A stretch of 64,000 bases of DNA, taken from positions 128,365-192,364 of the forward strand of contig CASEMQ010000067.1 in NCBI GenBank assembly GCA_949289005.1, read 5' to 3'. This document shows positions 33,756-42,749 of the stretch, piece by piece. The notes under the pieces were generated by a model. The model ran no database searches, was not told the DNA's origin, and saw only the letters and a program-made list of their open reading frames with translations. Every line of letters begins with the position of its first letter. The stretch's first letter is position 1. The position numbers were made by a program, and so were the translations under genes. Origin of the DNA: an uncultured Lentisphaeraceae bacterium (GTDB lineage Bacteria; Verrucomicrobiota; Kiritimatiellia; RFP12; DVOR01).

Positions 33756-35564
33756 ATGAAGACGAAACGAGACCTTTTCATGCACGGGTGGCGCGCGGCG
33801 CTTTGCCTTGCCGCGGCGCTGCTTGTCTGCCACGCCCGCGCGGCAGGGGACGACCTGCGTGCGCTGTTGGACTTGGGGCGCCCGGAGTTGCGACCCGTGG
33901 CGGAGGCGTTGGAAAGGGACGACGCCGCGGCCGCGGAGACCGCGTTGTTGGCGCATTGGCGCGCGCGGGCGGATGCCAAGGCCGCGTGGGAGAAGGCAAA
34001 AAAGCGCAAGCCCTCGGACTTCGACCGGAAGGTGGCCGACGAGGCGCTGGGGCACAGGTTCTTCTCCCATGCGGGCTACCAACCCTCGCTCTTCTACGGC
34101 AAAGACATCGACTGGGCCTACTGGCCCATCAAGGCGAACGAACTGCGTTTCCAGCTCCATCGCCACAAGTGGTTCCTGCCGCTCCTGCGAATGTATGCGC
34201 ACACGGGCGATGCCAAATATTACCGCGCGTGGCGCGAGCAGTGGACGGACTGGGACAAGAAGAACCCCTTCCCCGCGCGCACGGAGACCGACCGCGAGAA
34301 CATCCGCTTCGCGTGGCGCGCGCTGGAAATCAGCGACCGTCTGAATGGGCTGCCGAGCCAATTGGCCTTGGCGGTGCACGCGCCCGATTTCACGGCGGAC
34401 GACCTCGTGTGGTTCCTGCGACAAATCCGGCGGCATGGCGACCTGGTCTGGGAACGCCGTGCGGAGCGCGGCAATCACCTTCTCTTCGAGATGACGCGCC
34501 TGCTCACGGCGGCCGAGCGATGCCCCGAGCTCAAAGCCGCCGCCACCTGGCGCGCCAACGCCATCCGTACCCTCAAGGAAGAGCTCGCCAAGCAGGTCTA
34601 TCCCGACGGCGTGCAGTACGAACTCGACCTAGGCTACCACATCAGCGCGATGAACCTCTTCCGCTCGGCGATGGATTTGGCGCCCGAGGCCTTCACGCCG
34701 GCCGACCGCGACAAGGTGGGCGCGATGGCGGCCTTCGCCGCTGACCTCTTCTTCCCCGATGGCAATCACCCCTTCTTCTCGGACACGCACGACCTGAGCG
34801 GCCGCCGGCGCACGCTCCGCGAGGCCGCCAAAGCCTTCCCCAAGGCCTTCGACCGCCCCGGGTTCGTCTCGCGCGCCTATCCGCACGGCGGCTTCTACGT
34901 CCTGCGCGAAGGTCCCCCCGAGACCGGCTCGATGACCGTGCTCAAGGCCGGCCCCGCGGCCTTCTGGCACAACCAGCCCGACAACGGCACCTTCTCCTAC
35001 TGGCACGCCAGGCGCGACTTCTTCCCCGACTCCGGCTCCTACGTCTATGGCGGCGCGGACACCAAAGCCGCGCGCAACGCCTTCCGCGCCACCAAGGCTC
35101 ACTCCACCCTGACGCTGGACGACAAGAACAATTCCCCCGGCTCCAAATGCGTAGCCTGGCAGGCGACCGACCGCGCCACCACGGTCACGGTCGAGACGCC
35201 CGCCTACCCCGGGCTCACCCACCGCCGCACGCTCACGCTCGCCAAGGGCGGCACGCTCACGATCGAGGACACCGCCGAGGGCAACGCCACCGGCACCCTC
35301 GCCATCCGCTTCTGCCTGCCGCCCGGCGCCAACCCCGAGCGCCTCCCCGACGGTTCCTGGCGCACGCGCTTCGCCGACGGCAACGACATCCGCCTCGACT
35401 TCGCCGATGCCGCCGACTGGAAGGCTGAAATCGAGAAAGGCTGGCATTCGCGCCTCCACAACAAAAAGGAGCCGCGCCCCATCCTCAAACTCTCCCGCGC
35501 CAAGGACTCCGCCAAGTCCATCCACCTAACCACCACCGTCACCCCCCTCAAGGACGACAAGTAA
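33756..35564 (+). CDS. Heparinase II/III-family polysaccharide lyase with a signal peptide
   Basis: Signal peptide MKTKRDLFMHGWRAALCLAAALLVCHARA. It has an alginate-lyase-like (alpha/alpha)6 N-domain (WRALEISDR, HNQPDNGTFSYW) and a heparinase II/III C-domain. Confidence 0.65.
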   Translation: MKTKRDLFMHGWRAALCLAAALLVCHARAAGDDLRALLDLGRPELRPVAEALERDDAAAAETALLAHWRARADAKAAWEKAKKRKPSDFDRKVADEALGHRFFSHAGYQPSLFYGKDIDWAYWPIKANELRFQLHRHKWFLPLLRMYAHTGDAKYYRAWREQWTDWDKKNPFPARTETDRENIRFAWRALEISDRLNGLPSQLALAVHAPDFTADDLVWFLRQIRRHGDLVWERRAERGNHLLFEMTRLLTAAERCPELKAAATWRANAIRTLKEELAKQVYPDGVQYELDLGYHISAMNLFRSAMDLAPEAFTPADRDKVGAMAAFAADLFFPDGNHPFFSDTHDLSGRRRTLREAAKAFPKAFDRPGFVSRAYPHGGFYVLREGPPETGSMTVLKAGPAAFWHNQPDNGTFSYWHARRDFFPDSGSYVYGGADTKAARNAFRATKAHSTLTLDDKNNSPGSKCVAWQATDRATTVTVETPAYPGLTHRRTLTLAKGGTLTIEDTAEGNATGTLAIRFCLPPGANPERLPDGSWRTRFADGNDIRLDFADAADWKAEIEKGWHSRLHNKKEPRPILKLSRAKDSAKSIHLTTTVTPLKDDK

Positions 35565-35822
35565 GCGGGTCGACAAAAACAGAAAGCGCTCACCGCCCCT
35601 GTGCGGCCACCGCTTCCACTCCCGACCCATCAAAAACTCTAAAGAGCCCAAAGTAGGGGCAATGGCTCCCCTATCGCATACCCGATATAAATCCCTGATT
35701 GGCGCGCGTGGGTTCGTAGTGTCGCGCCATAATGTTCGGGAAGGGTTGCCTATGGCAACTCAGATTTCTCGGCTTGTTGCAGATTTGAGGCGCGCCACCG
35801 CACGCAGGACTGCCGAGGCAAA

Positions 35823-38372
35823 TCACGCGGTGAGGGGATTGACGTTCTCGGGCGGGCGCTTGGAGGGCTTGACAGCCTCGGTGCGGACGACCTTGCCATC
35901 CTTGATGAGCGTGCGCCATTTGAGGTGGATGGAAGAGGTGCCGATGCGCAGCTCGAAGGGTTCGTCGGGGAGCACCCATGACTGATCCTCAAGGACAATC
36001 TTGAGGTGGTCGAGCGGCACATCGAGCGCGACGGTCTTGGTCTCGCCGGGCTTCAGGTGGACACGCTTGAAGCCGCGCAACATCTGGTCGAACCAATAGA
36101 TGGGCGTCTTGGTGTAGGAGACGTAGAGCTGCACCACCTCGTCGCCGGCGACCTTGCCGGTGTTGGTGACGGGGATGTGGACGCGCCAACCGGCGGGCAC
36201 GGGCGCGGGGTCGCGGAAGCACAGGCGATCCCACAACGTCGCCTCGCCGGGCGCGGTAAGGGGCTCGATTGTGGGCTTGCCGATGGCAAAGGTGGTGTAG
36301 GAAAGCCCAAAACCGAAGGGCCAAAGCGCGCCGGCGTTGTAGGAGCCGTTCTTGAGTTCGGGCTCGTAGTTGGACTTCGGCTTCGCAGGGAAGTTGAAGG
36401 GGATCTGCCCAGCGGATTTAAGCCAAGTGCCGTTGGTCTTGCCACCGGGATTGTAGCGCCCCAGGAGCGCCTCGGCCACGGCCGTGCCGCCGTGGCCGCA
36501 AAGCAACCCGCAGGAAAGAATGGCCGGGGTGTTGCGGGCCGCCCAGTTGATGCTCGGCGGGCGGCCATGCATCAGCACGAGCACGGTGGGCGTGCCGGTG
36601 GCCTGGACGGCCTCGAGCAGTTCCTCTTGCCGGCCGGGGAGGTTGAGGCTCGTGCGCGTGTGGCTCTCGCCGGAAGTGCGGCCATTGTCGCCCAACACCA
36701 CAATCGCGACGTCGGCGGACTTGGCAAGGGCGACGGCCTTGGCCTGCTCGTCGCGCTCTTTCTTGGTGATGGGCACGGGCACCAACTCGCTGTCAGGCCA
36801 GCCGGGATTGACGTGGTCGCATCCCTTGGCGTAGACGACCTCCGCGCCCGTCCCGGCGAGCGCCCGCTCAAGCCCCTTGCGCACCGTGACAAAGTCGTAG
36901 TCCGTGGGCCCGTAACGGTCGGGCCGGTAACACCCGGTGTCGGCGTTGGGGCCGATGACGGCGACGCGCTTGAGCTTTTTCGCGTCGAGCGGCAGGAGGT
37001 CGCCCTCGTTCTTGAGGAGCACGAGCGCCTCGCGGGCGACCTGCAACGCCACACGCGCGGCCTCCTCCGTGCCGACAAGCGCGTTGGCGGATTTGGGGTC
37101 GGCCACGTAGGGCCGGTCAAACATGCCGCGCATAAACTTCACGCGCAGCACGTCGCGCACCATCGCGTCCACATCCTCCGGCGCCAGCGAGCCATCGTCC
37201 AGCGAGGCATTGATGGCGCGCGCCACGGCATCGGGCGGGGAGAAGGTCGTCCAGACGTTGAGCCCGGCCTTGATGCGCAGATTGTGCGCCTCTTTCTGGT
37301 CGACGGCCATGCGGTGCAACGTGGCGAGCCGCTCGACCGCGTGACTGTCGGAGACGACATAGCCCTCAAAGCCAAGCTCGCCGCGCAAGCGCTCCTTGAG
37401 CAAATGCGCGCTCGCGGCCACCGGCATGCCATTGACATCGTTGTAGGCGCACATCACGCCGAGCGGATGCGCCTCGGTGAAGACTCGCCGGAAGGGATAG
37501 AAATGAATCGCCTCGAAGGTCTGCGCCGTGATGTGCGGATCCGTCCGCGAATCATAGCCGCGCGCACCCTTGTTCTCGCCGTAGCCCACGTAATGTTTGG
37601 GGCTGGAGATGGCACCACCTTCTTGAATGCCCAGGCACAACGCCTTGCCGATCTCGGCCACCAGGAACGGATCCTCGGCGATGGTCCCCTCCCAACGACC
37701 CCAACGTTGGTCACGCGCCACGTCCAAAATCGGCGCATAGACATTCGTGTAGCCCACCGCCCGCGCCTCACGCCCCGTGACGCGCCCCATCTCGCGGATC
37801 AGCTCCGGGTTCCACGTCATCCCCTGCGAATGGGGCATGGGGAAAGAGGTGCCGTGCCGCAACGACGCGCCGTTGATCCCTTCGTTCGTGAAGTCCACGG
37901 GAATGCCCAGCCGCGTCTGCTCGATGAAAAACCGCTGCGTGTTGTTCACGTAATGCGCGTTCCGCTCGGGCGTGTCGCTCACCTCCCTGTCGCCGCGGTG
38001 GCGCCACCCCGCGCCCTGCTCGTCGATGTTCGCCACGCCATCCTTCCACACGCGCTTGCTCTTCCACGCCTCCGTGGGATACTTGTCCTTCAACACCGCG
38101 CGGTAACCATAGAGCGTGCAGAGCTGCATCACCTTCTCGGCCTGGGTCATCCGCCCCAGCAAATCTTCCACCCGCGCTTCCACCCCCGCCGAAGGATCCT
38201 CGTAGACATCCATCTCCCCGTTCTTGTTCAGGTCGATCCAGCCCTCATGGTAAATCCCCGGCATCGCCTCAAACGGATAAGGATAGGGATTGCCCTTCAA
38301 CGCCGTGTCGGCTCCCGCGGCCAAAACCACGGAACCCAACAAGCCCGACAACAGAACCAATTCAGTCTTCAT
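35823..38372 (-). CDS. bglX: GH3 beta-glucosidase (BglX-like) with a C-terminal extension and a signal peptide. The true start is internal at 38372.
   Basis: Signal peptide MKTELVLLSGLLGSVVLAAGA. GH3 motifs KHYVGYG and GFEGYVVSDS, the latter carrying the catalytic Asp. Confidence 0.85.
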   Translation of the reverse strand: MKTELVLLSGLLGSVVLAAGADTALKGNPYPYPFEAMPGIYHEGWIDLNKNGEMDVYEDPSAGVEARVEDLLGRMTQAEKVMQLCTLYGYRAVLKDKYPTEAWKSKRVWKDGVANIDEQGAGWRHRGDREVSDTPERNAHYVNNTQRFFIEQTRLGIPVDFTNEGINGASLRHGTSFPMPHSQGMTWNPELIREMGRVTGREARAVGYTNVYAPILDVARDQRWGRWEGTIAEDPFLVAEIGKALCLGIQEGGAISSPKHYVGYGENKGARGYDSRTDPHITAQTFEAIHFYPFRRVFTEAHPLGVMCAYNDVNGMPVAASAHLLKERLRGELGFEGYVVSDSHAVERLATLHRMAVDQKEAHNLRIKAGLNVWTTFSPPDAVARAINASLDDGSLAPEDVDAMVRDVLRVKFMRGMFDRPYVADPKSANALVGTEEAARVALQVAREALVLLKNEGDLLPLDAKKLKRVAVIGPNADTGCYRPDRYGPTDYDFVTVRKGLERALAGTGAEVVYAKGCDHVNPGWPDSELVPVPITKKERDEQAKAVALAKSADVAIVVLGDNGRTSGESHTRTSLNLPGRQEELLEAVQATGTPTVLVLMHGRPPSINWAARNTPAILSCGLLCGHGGTAVAEALLGRYNPGGKTNGTWLKSAGQIPFNFPAKPKSNYEPELKNGSYNAGALWPFGFGLSYTTFAIGKPTIEPLTAPGEATLWDRLCFRDPAPVPAGWRVHIPVTNTGKVAGDEVVQLYVSYTKTPIYWFDQMLRGFKRVHLKPGETKTVALDVPLDHLKIVLEDQSWVLPDEPFELRIGTSSIHLKWRTLIKDGKVVRTEAVKPSKRPPENVNPLTA

Positions 38373-38597
38373 GCTCCAATCATACACCATTCCTCCGCCC
38401 CCCGCCACACAAATCCCTTCCCCCACCCGTCCCTGCGTCCCCCGCAACGCACCCGGGAGAGGCGGTCATCCTTCACCGCCATTCGCACCGATGACACCTC
38501 CGGCGCCCGGGAAAACGGAGACGAATCCGGGTTTTTGCGAAGTTCGCGGCGCAACGGCTCCGTGAAACGTTCCGCACCCTTTAGGTTGGGATGTCTC

Positions 38598-38770
38598 CGG
38601 TCGGCGAAGATGCGGCGTACCTCGGGGTGAGAGACGGCGTGTCTCACCCCGAGGTACGCCGCATCCCGGAAAACGACCCCGCTCCCTGATTGAAAGGGCG
38701 GTTCTGAGGCTCCTCCGGCCTCACCCGCCTTCAACAGGTTTTCAACAGATTTTGCAAAGTTATCGACAGG
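38598..38770 (-). repeat. Copy C of the interspersed repeat in reverse orientation. It contains a perfect 24-bp-stem palindrome at 38609..38665.
   Basis: gatgcggcgtacctcggggtgaga [gacggcgtg] tctcaccccgaggtacgccgcatc. The conserved block ttcaacaggttttcaacagattttgcaaagttatcgacagg is at 38730..38770. Confidence 0.8.
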
Positions 38771-38904
38771 GATGACGAACGGTTCCAGTGGTATGCCGGG
38801 AACGGTGGGACGACGGGCACGTGAAGGGCCCCGGCGGACGCGGCGGAAAGGCATAACCCAACAAGAAAATGACACTGCGCCTCCTGTGACTCTTGGGCGA
38901 AGCC

Positions 38905-38941
38905 CCAAAAAAAGGCACGGCTGCCGCCGTGCCTTTTTCGG
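38905..38941. terminator. Rho-independent terminator downstream of hup on the minus strand
   Basis: aaaaaaaggcacggctgccgccgtgcctttttcg is a GC stem with a T-run on the coding strand of hup. Confidence 0.5.
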
Positions 38942-38956
38942 GTTGCCGTGTGGGGC

Positions 38957-39286
38957 TTAGCCAATCACCTTGTCTTTGATAATCTTGGAGACGGAGAACT
39001 TGATGGTCTCCTTGGCGGGGTATTCGATCTTCTCGGTGGGCTTGCGTGGGTTGACGCCGATGCGCGCGGCGCGCTGGGTGACGGTGAACTTGCCGATGCC
39101 GGGAAGGGCGAAGACCTTGTTCTTCTTGACCTGGGCGGCAATGAGATCGATGAGGGCATCGTAGACTTGGCCGACGGCGGCTTTGGTGCTGCCGGTGGCC
39201 TCGGCGAGGGCCTCGCGGATCTCGTCCTTGGTCAAAGGTTTGGGGGTGGTTTTGGCGGGGGCCTTGGTGGCTTTCTTGGTGGGCAT
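38957..39286 (-). CDS. hup: HU/IHF-family nucleoid protein with an N-terminal Lys/Ala/Pro-rich tail
   Basis: GFGKF-type motif ALPGIGKFTVTQRAARIGVNPRKPTEKIEYPAKETIKFSVSKIIKD. It is preceded by an unusually AT-rich region. Confidence 0.85.
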   Translation of the reverse strand: MPTKKATKAPAKTTPKPLTKDEIREALAEATGSTKAAVGQVYDALIDLIAAQVKKNKVFALPGIGKFTVTQRAARIGVNPRKPTEKIEYPAKETIKFSVSKIIKDKVIG

Positions 39287-39464
39287 GGTTCGTGACTCCT
39301 TGGGTTGTCTGTTCGTGCGGGAAATCCCGCAACCGTTTTGATGGTCTTATTATGGTGTATCTGTTCGGGAATTGCAAGTATTTTCCTTGTGTGAAGCGTG
39401 TTTTCGTGATTTTTTGGAGATTTGACGGTGCGGTTCGCTTTGCCGGAAACAATCCAAACCTTCC

Positions 39465-40580
39465 TTACAGGGTGTGGAGCGTGTAGGCTTGGGTGCCAAG
39501 GCCGAGTTTCTCGGCGTGCTCCAGGCAGGAGCGCCAGTCCGTGGTGGGGGAGACGGTGCCAAAGTGGTCGACATGGCGCGCGGTGGCTTTGCCGAGGATG
39601 GAGTTGGCGATGGGGCTCTGCCTGTTCACGGCGTCGGCGCAGGCGCGGTCGATGGCCACCGGGTCGAAGGAGGCGAACATGCCGATGTCCGGCACAATCG
39701 GCACATCGTTCTCCGCATGGCAATCGCAGAAGGGAGAGATGTCAATGGCCAGGCTGACGTGGAAGTGAGGGCGGTCGTGGAGGACGGCCACGGCGTATTC
39801 CGACATCTTGCGGTTGAGGACATCGTTGGCCGCGTCGAAGTCGGGGGTAATCGCATCCTTGGGGCAAACGCCAATGCAACGGCCGCACCCCACGCATTTG
39901 GCATGGTCGATTGTGGCCTTGCGGTCGACGATGCGAGGAGCGTCGTGCGCGCAGATTTTGGCGCAGCGGCCACAACCAATGCAAAGCGCCTGGTTGACGG
40001 TGGGCTTGCCGGCGGCATGCATTTCCATCTTGCCCGCGCGGCTACCGCAGCCCATGCCGATATTCTTGATGGCGCCGCCAAAGCCCGTGCACTCATGCCC
40101 CTTGAAGTGGTTGAGGGAGATGACGATGTCGGCATCCATCACCGCGCGCCCAATCTTCGCGACCTTGACATATTCCCCGCCCGGGACGGGCACTTCGACA
40201 TCGTCCGTGCCCTTCAGGCCATCGGCGATGAGGGTATGGACGCCCGTGGCAAAGGGGTTGTAGCCGTTCTGGTAAGCTGTCTCCAGATGATTCAGCGCGT
40301 TTTTGCGGCCGCCCACGTAGAGCGTGTTGCAATCGGTGACGAAAGGCTTGCCGCCCAGCTCCTTCACCAGGTCGCAAACCGTCCGCGCATAGTTCGCCCG
40401 CAGGAAGGCTAGATTGCCTGGCTCCCCGAAGTGCAGTTTCACCGCGACAAACTTGTCCTTGAAGTCGATTGTCCCAATGCCGGCCTTCAACATCAGTTTG
40501 CGCAGTTTTGTCTGCAGGCTATCACCCATTGGCACGGTGTGCATATCCGTGAAATAAACATCGGCAGGCCGTTTGTCCAT
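39465..40580 (-). CDS. DUF362-domain protein with two 4Fe-4S ferredoxin-type clusters
   Basis: CIGCGRCAKIC and CVGCGRCIGVCP are two CxxCxxCxxxC(P) motifs, embedded in a DUF362-like fold (FVAVKLHFGEPGN...TDCNTLY). Confidence 0.65.
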   Translation of the reverse strand: MDKRPADVYFTDMHTVPMGDSLQTKLRKLMLKAGIGTIDFKDKFVAVKLHFGEPGNLAFLRANYARTVCDLVKELGGKPFVTDCNTLYVGGRKNALNHLETAYQNGYNPFATGVHTLIADGLKGTDDVEVPVPGGEYVKVAKIGRAVMDADIVISLNHFKGHECTGFGGAIKNIGMGCGSRAGKMEMHAAGKPTVNQALCIGCGRCAKICAHDAPRIVDRKATIDHAKCVGCGRCIGVCPKDAITPDFDAANDVLNRKMSEYAVAVLHDRPHFHVSLAIDISPFCDCHAENDVPIVPDIGMFASFDPVAIDRACADAVNRQSPIANSILGKATARHVDHFGTVSPTTDWRSCLEHAEKLGLGTQAYTLHTL

Positions 40581-40671
40581 GGTTCTCTCCTTGTTCAGTG
40601 CCGACTAGTTTAGCAAAAACGCGCGTCCCGGGAGGCGGGGCGCGCGTCGCATACGGACCAAGCAATCATGC

Positions 40672-42555
40672 TTACTTGGTCTCGGGCTTGGCGAGCGTGA
40701 AGAACTTGCAGGTCTTCGCATAGTGCTCGCGAACGGGATTGCCCTCAATCTTCTTGCCGTCCACGACCACCCACGTCTTGTACTTCTCGGAGTGGAAGGT
40801 GACCTTGGTGGGCTTGCCCTCGGGCAACTTGACGTCGAAGGTGTATTGCGCGCCCTCGCGGCGGAAACCGACGTTGCCATTGACGGGGCTGACGGCATAG
40901 AGGTCAGTCTCCTCGCTGGAGGCCAGCAGGATGGGCTTGCCGTTCCCCTCTGGGACGGTCACGTCGAAGGAGAGCTCCCACGGCTGGGGTTCCTCGGCGT
41001 CAAGCGCCTTGGCCTGTGACTGGACTTGGGCAAGGAAGTCCTTATAGGGGCGGCCGTTGGCCTTGACCCACGTCTTCTGCGCCACGGTGGCGCAGTTCTT
41101 TTGGATGCGCGGCATCAAGTCCTCGGCGCAAAGGCCGGGGTCGGTGAGGAAGGCGTTGTCGTTCCACATGGCCCACGACCCGCCCAACACCTTGGCGCGA
41201 TCCAAGTCCTCCACCTTGGTCTTGGGGAAGGTGACGGGATTCCAGTTGTTGTAGACCCACTGGGTGTTAAGGTCGTCGCCGTAGCCGCCGACGGAACCGT
41301 TGCCGCTGGGCACGATGTACATCCACACGTCGAGGGTGTTCATGATTTCGTAGCCGGCCTTGGTGGCCTCGACAGGGTTCTGCCAGCCCATGCTCCAAAT
41401 GTTCATCTGCACGCCGGTGGATTCCACGGGCGTCTTGCCGCGCTTGTGGCTGAAGGAGCCCCACAGGCGCGGGGTCTTGCCCTTGGCGCGGATATGCTTG
41501 CAGAAGGCATCGACGAACTTGCGATAGCTCTCGTTGTCGCCGTAGTATTCATCCGTGCCGGTGTGGACGACTTGGCCGGGGAAGACGCCCTCGTCGATGT
41601 ACTCATCAAAGATGGAAGCCACGAAGGGGAGTGTCTCCGGATTGGAGAGATCCAACATCGCGGCGCGCTCCATGTCATGCTTACCGCCGACGGACCCCTT
41701 GTACATCAAGTCAGGACGCACGCGCACCATCTGGAGGGCATGGCCGGGCACGTCCAGCTCGGGGACGATGGTCACGCCCTGCGCGGCGGCCTCGGCCACG
41801 AGCGCCTTGAACTGCGCCTTGGTGTAGAAGATGTCCTTGGAGGTAAGCTCGGGATACTTGCTGTTCTCCAGGCGGAAGCCGCCGGCGGAGGGCTCGACCT
41901 TGAGAATGTCGGCCGCGGTCTTCACCTGCTGCGGGAACCACTCGCCGTAACGGTGCAGCCAAATGTAATTGTCCGACAGGTGCAGGTGGAGCTCGTTCAT
42001 CTTGTAGTAGGCGCAAATCTTGGCCAACTGCCGGAGCGTGGAGAGCGCGAAGGGCTTGCGACCGCAATCGAACATGAAGCCGCGGTGCGAAAACTCCGGC
42101 CAATCGTTGGCCACGCCGCCGGGGAAGGTGTTGCCCTGCGCCTGGAAGACCTGCAACAGCGTGCGCGTGCCCCAGAAGGCGCCAAGCGGCGTGGGCGCAG
42201 CCACGCGGACTCCCGCGGTGCCCGCAGTCAACCGATAACTCTCCTGATTGGCGCCCGCATCCGGCACCACCATGAGCACAATGTCCCCCGGCTTGGCCTC
42301 CTTGCCCAGGAACCAAAGCCAGCTCGACGCCTCGCGCACGAGCGGGCGGTCGATTTCCTCCGCGAAAGTCTTGGCATAACGCTCAAGATCCGCGCAGGCA
42401 TCCTCGGGGATCACCACGCGGGCATCCTCGTCAAGCGTGTAGGAACCCGCCTCGGGCAGGTCAATCCATTGCTGGATTTCCGGAATGACGGCAGGCTTGG
42501 CGCACCAAGCGACCGCCGCAGAGAGTGTCAATGTGGCAAGCAGTAACGTTTTCAT
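40672..42555 (-). CDS. GH20 beta-N-acetylhexosaminidase with a signal peptide. The true start is internal at 42555.
   Basis: Signal peptide MKTLLLATLTLSAAVAWC. HRGFMFDCGRKPF and NELHLHLSDN are GH20 catalytic-domain hallmarks, followed by DVPGHA. Confidence 0.8.
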   Translation of the reverse strand: MKTLLLATLTLSAAVAWCAKPAVIPEIQQWIDLPEAGSYTLDEDARVVIPEDACADLERYAKTFAEEIDRPLVREASSWLWFLGKEAKPGDIVLMVVPDAGANQESYRLTAGTAGVRVAAPTPLGAFWGTRTLLQVFQAQGNTFPGGVANDWPEFSHRGFMFDCGRKPFALSTLRQLAKICAYYKMNELHLHLSDNYIWLHRYGEWFPQQVKTAADILKVEPSAGGFRLENSKYPELTSKDIFYTKAQFKALVAEAAAQGVTIVPELDVPGHALQMVRVRPDLMYKGSVGGKHDMERAAMLDLSNPETLPFVASIFDEYIDEGVFPGQVVHTGTDEYYGDNESYRKFVDAFCKHIRAKGKTPRLWGSFSHKRGKTPVESTGVQMNIWSMGWQNPVEATKAGYEIMNTLDVWMYIVPSGNGSVGGYGDDLNTQWVYNNWNPVTFPKTKVEDLDRAKVLGGSWAMWNDNAFLTDPGLCAEDLMPRIQKNCATVAQKTWVKANGRPYKDFLAQVQSQAKALDAEEPQPWELSFDVTVPEGNGKPILLASSEETDLYAVSPVNGNVGFRREGAQYTFDVKLPEGKPTKVTFHSEKYKTWVVVDGKKIEGNPVREHYAKTCKFFTLAKPETK

Positions 42556-42688
42556 GCCGCCATGATAGCACATTCCGTCGCCCCCCGCGCAAGCAAAAAT
42601 CGCAAAACATTGCTTGGCCGGAAAAAGTCGCACCCAAGAAAGCGCGTTTCCCCTCGCGTCGCGCGAACCAAGCCTCCACACTTACGAC

Positions 42689-42730
42689 AAAAAAAGCCCC
42701 CGGCCTTGGGAAAGGTCGGGGGCTTTTTTG
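42689..42730. terminator. Bidirectional rho-independent terminator downstream of the PFOR gene
   Basis: aaaaaagcccccggccttgggaaaggtcgggggcttttttg. Confidence 0.5.
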
Positions 42731-42749
42731 TTGGCTGTCGCCAGGCGTC

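Noticed and set aside
38369-38908. Possible conserved small peptide (…VDNF[ACR][KE]SVENLLKAG…) encoded within the repeat copies
   Set aside because: The same peptide-like string appears only because the ~40-nt nucleotide block is conserved. The frames upstream and downstream are not conserved and the element occurs in both orientations. I treat it as non-coding.
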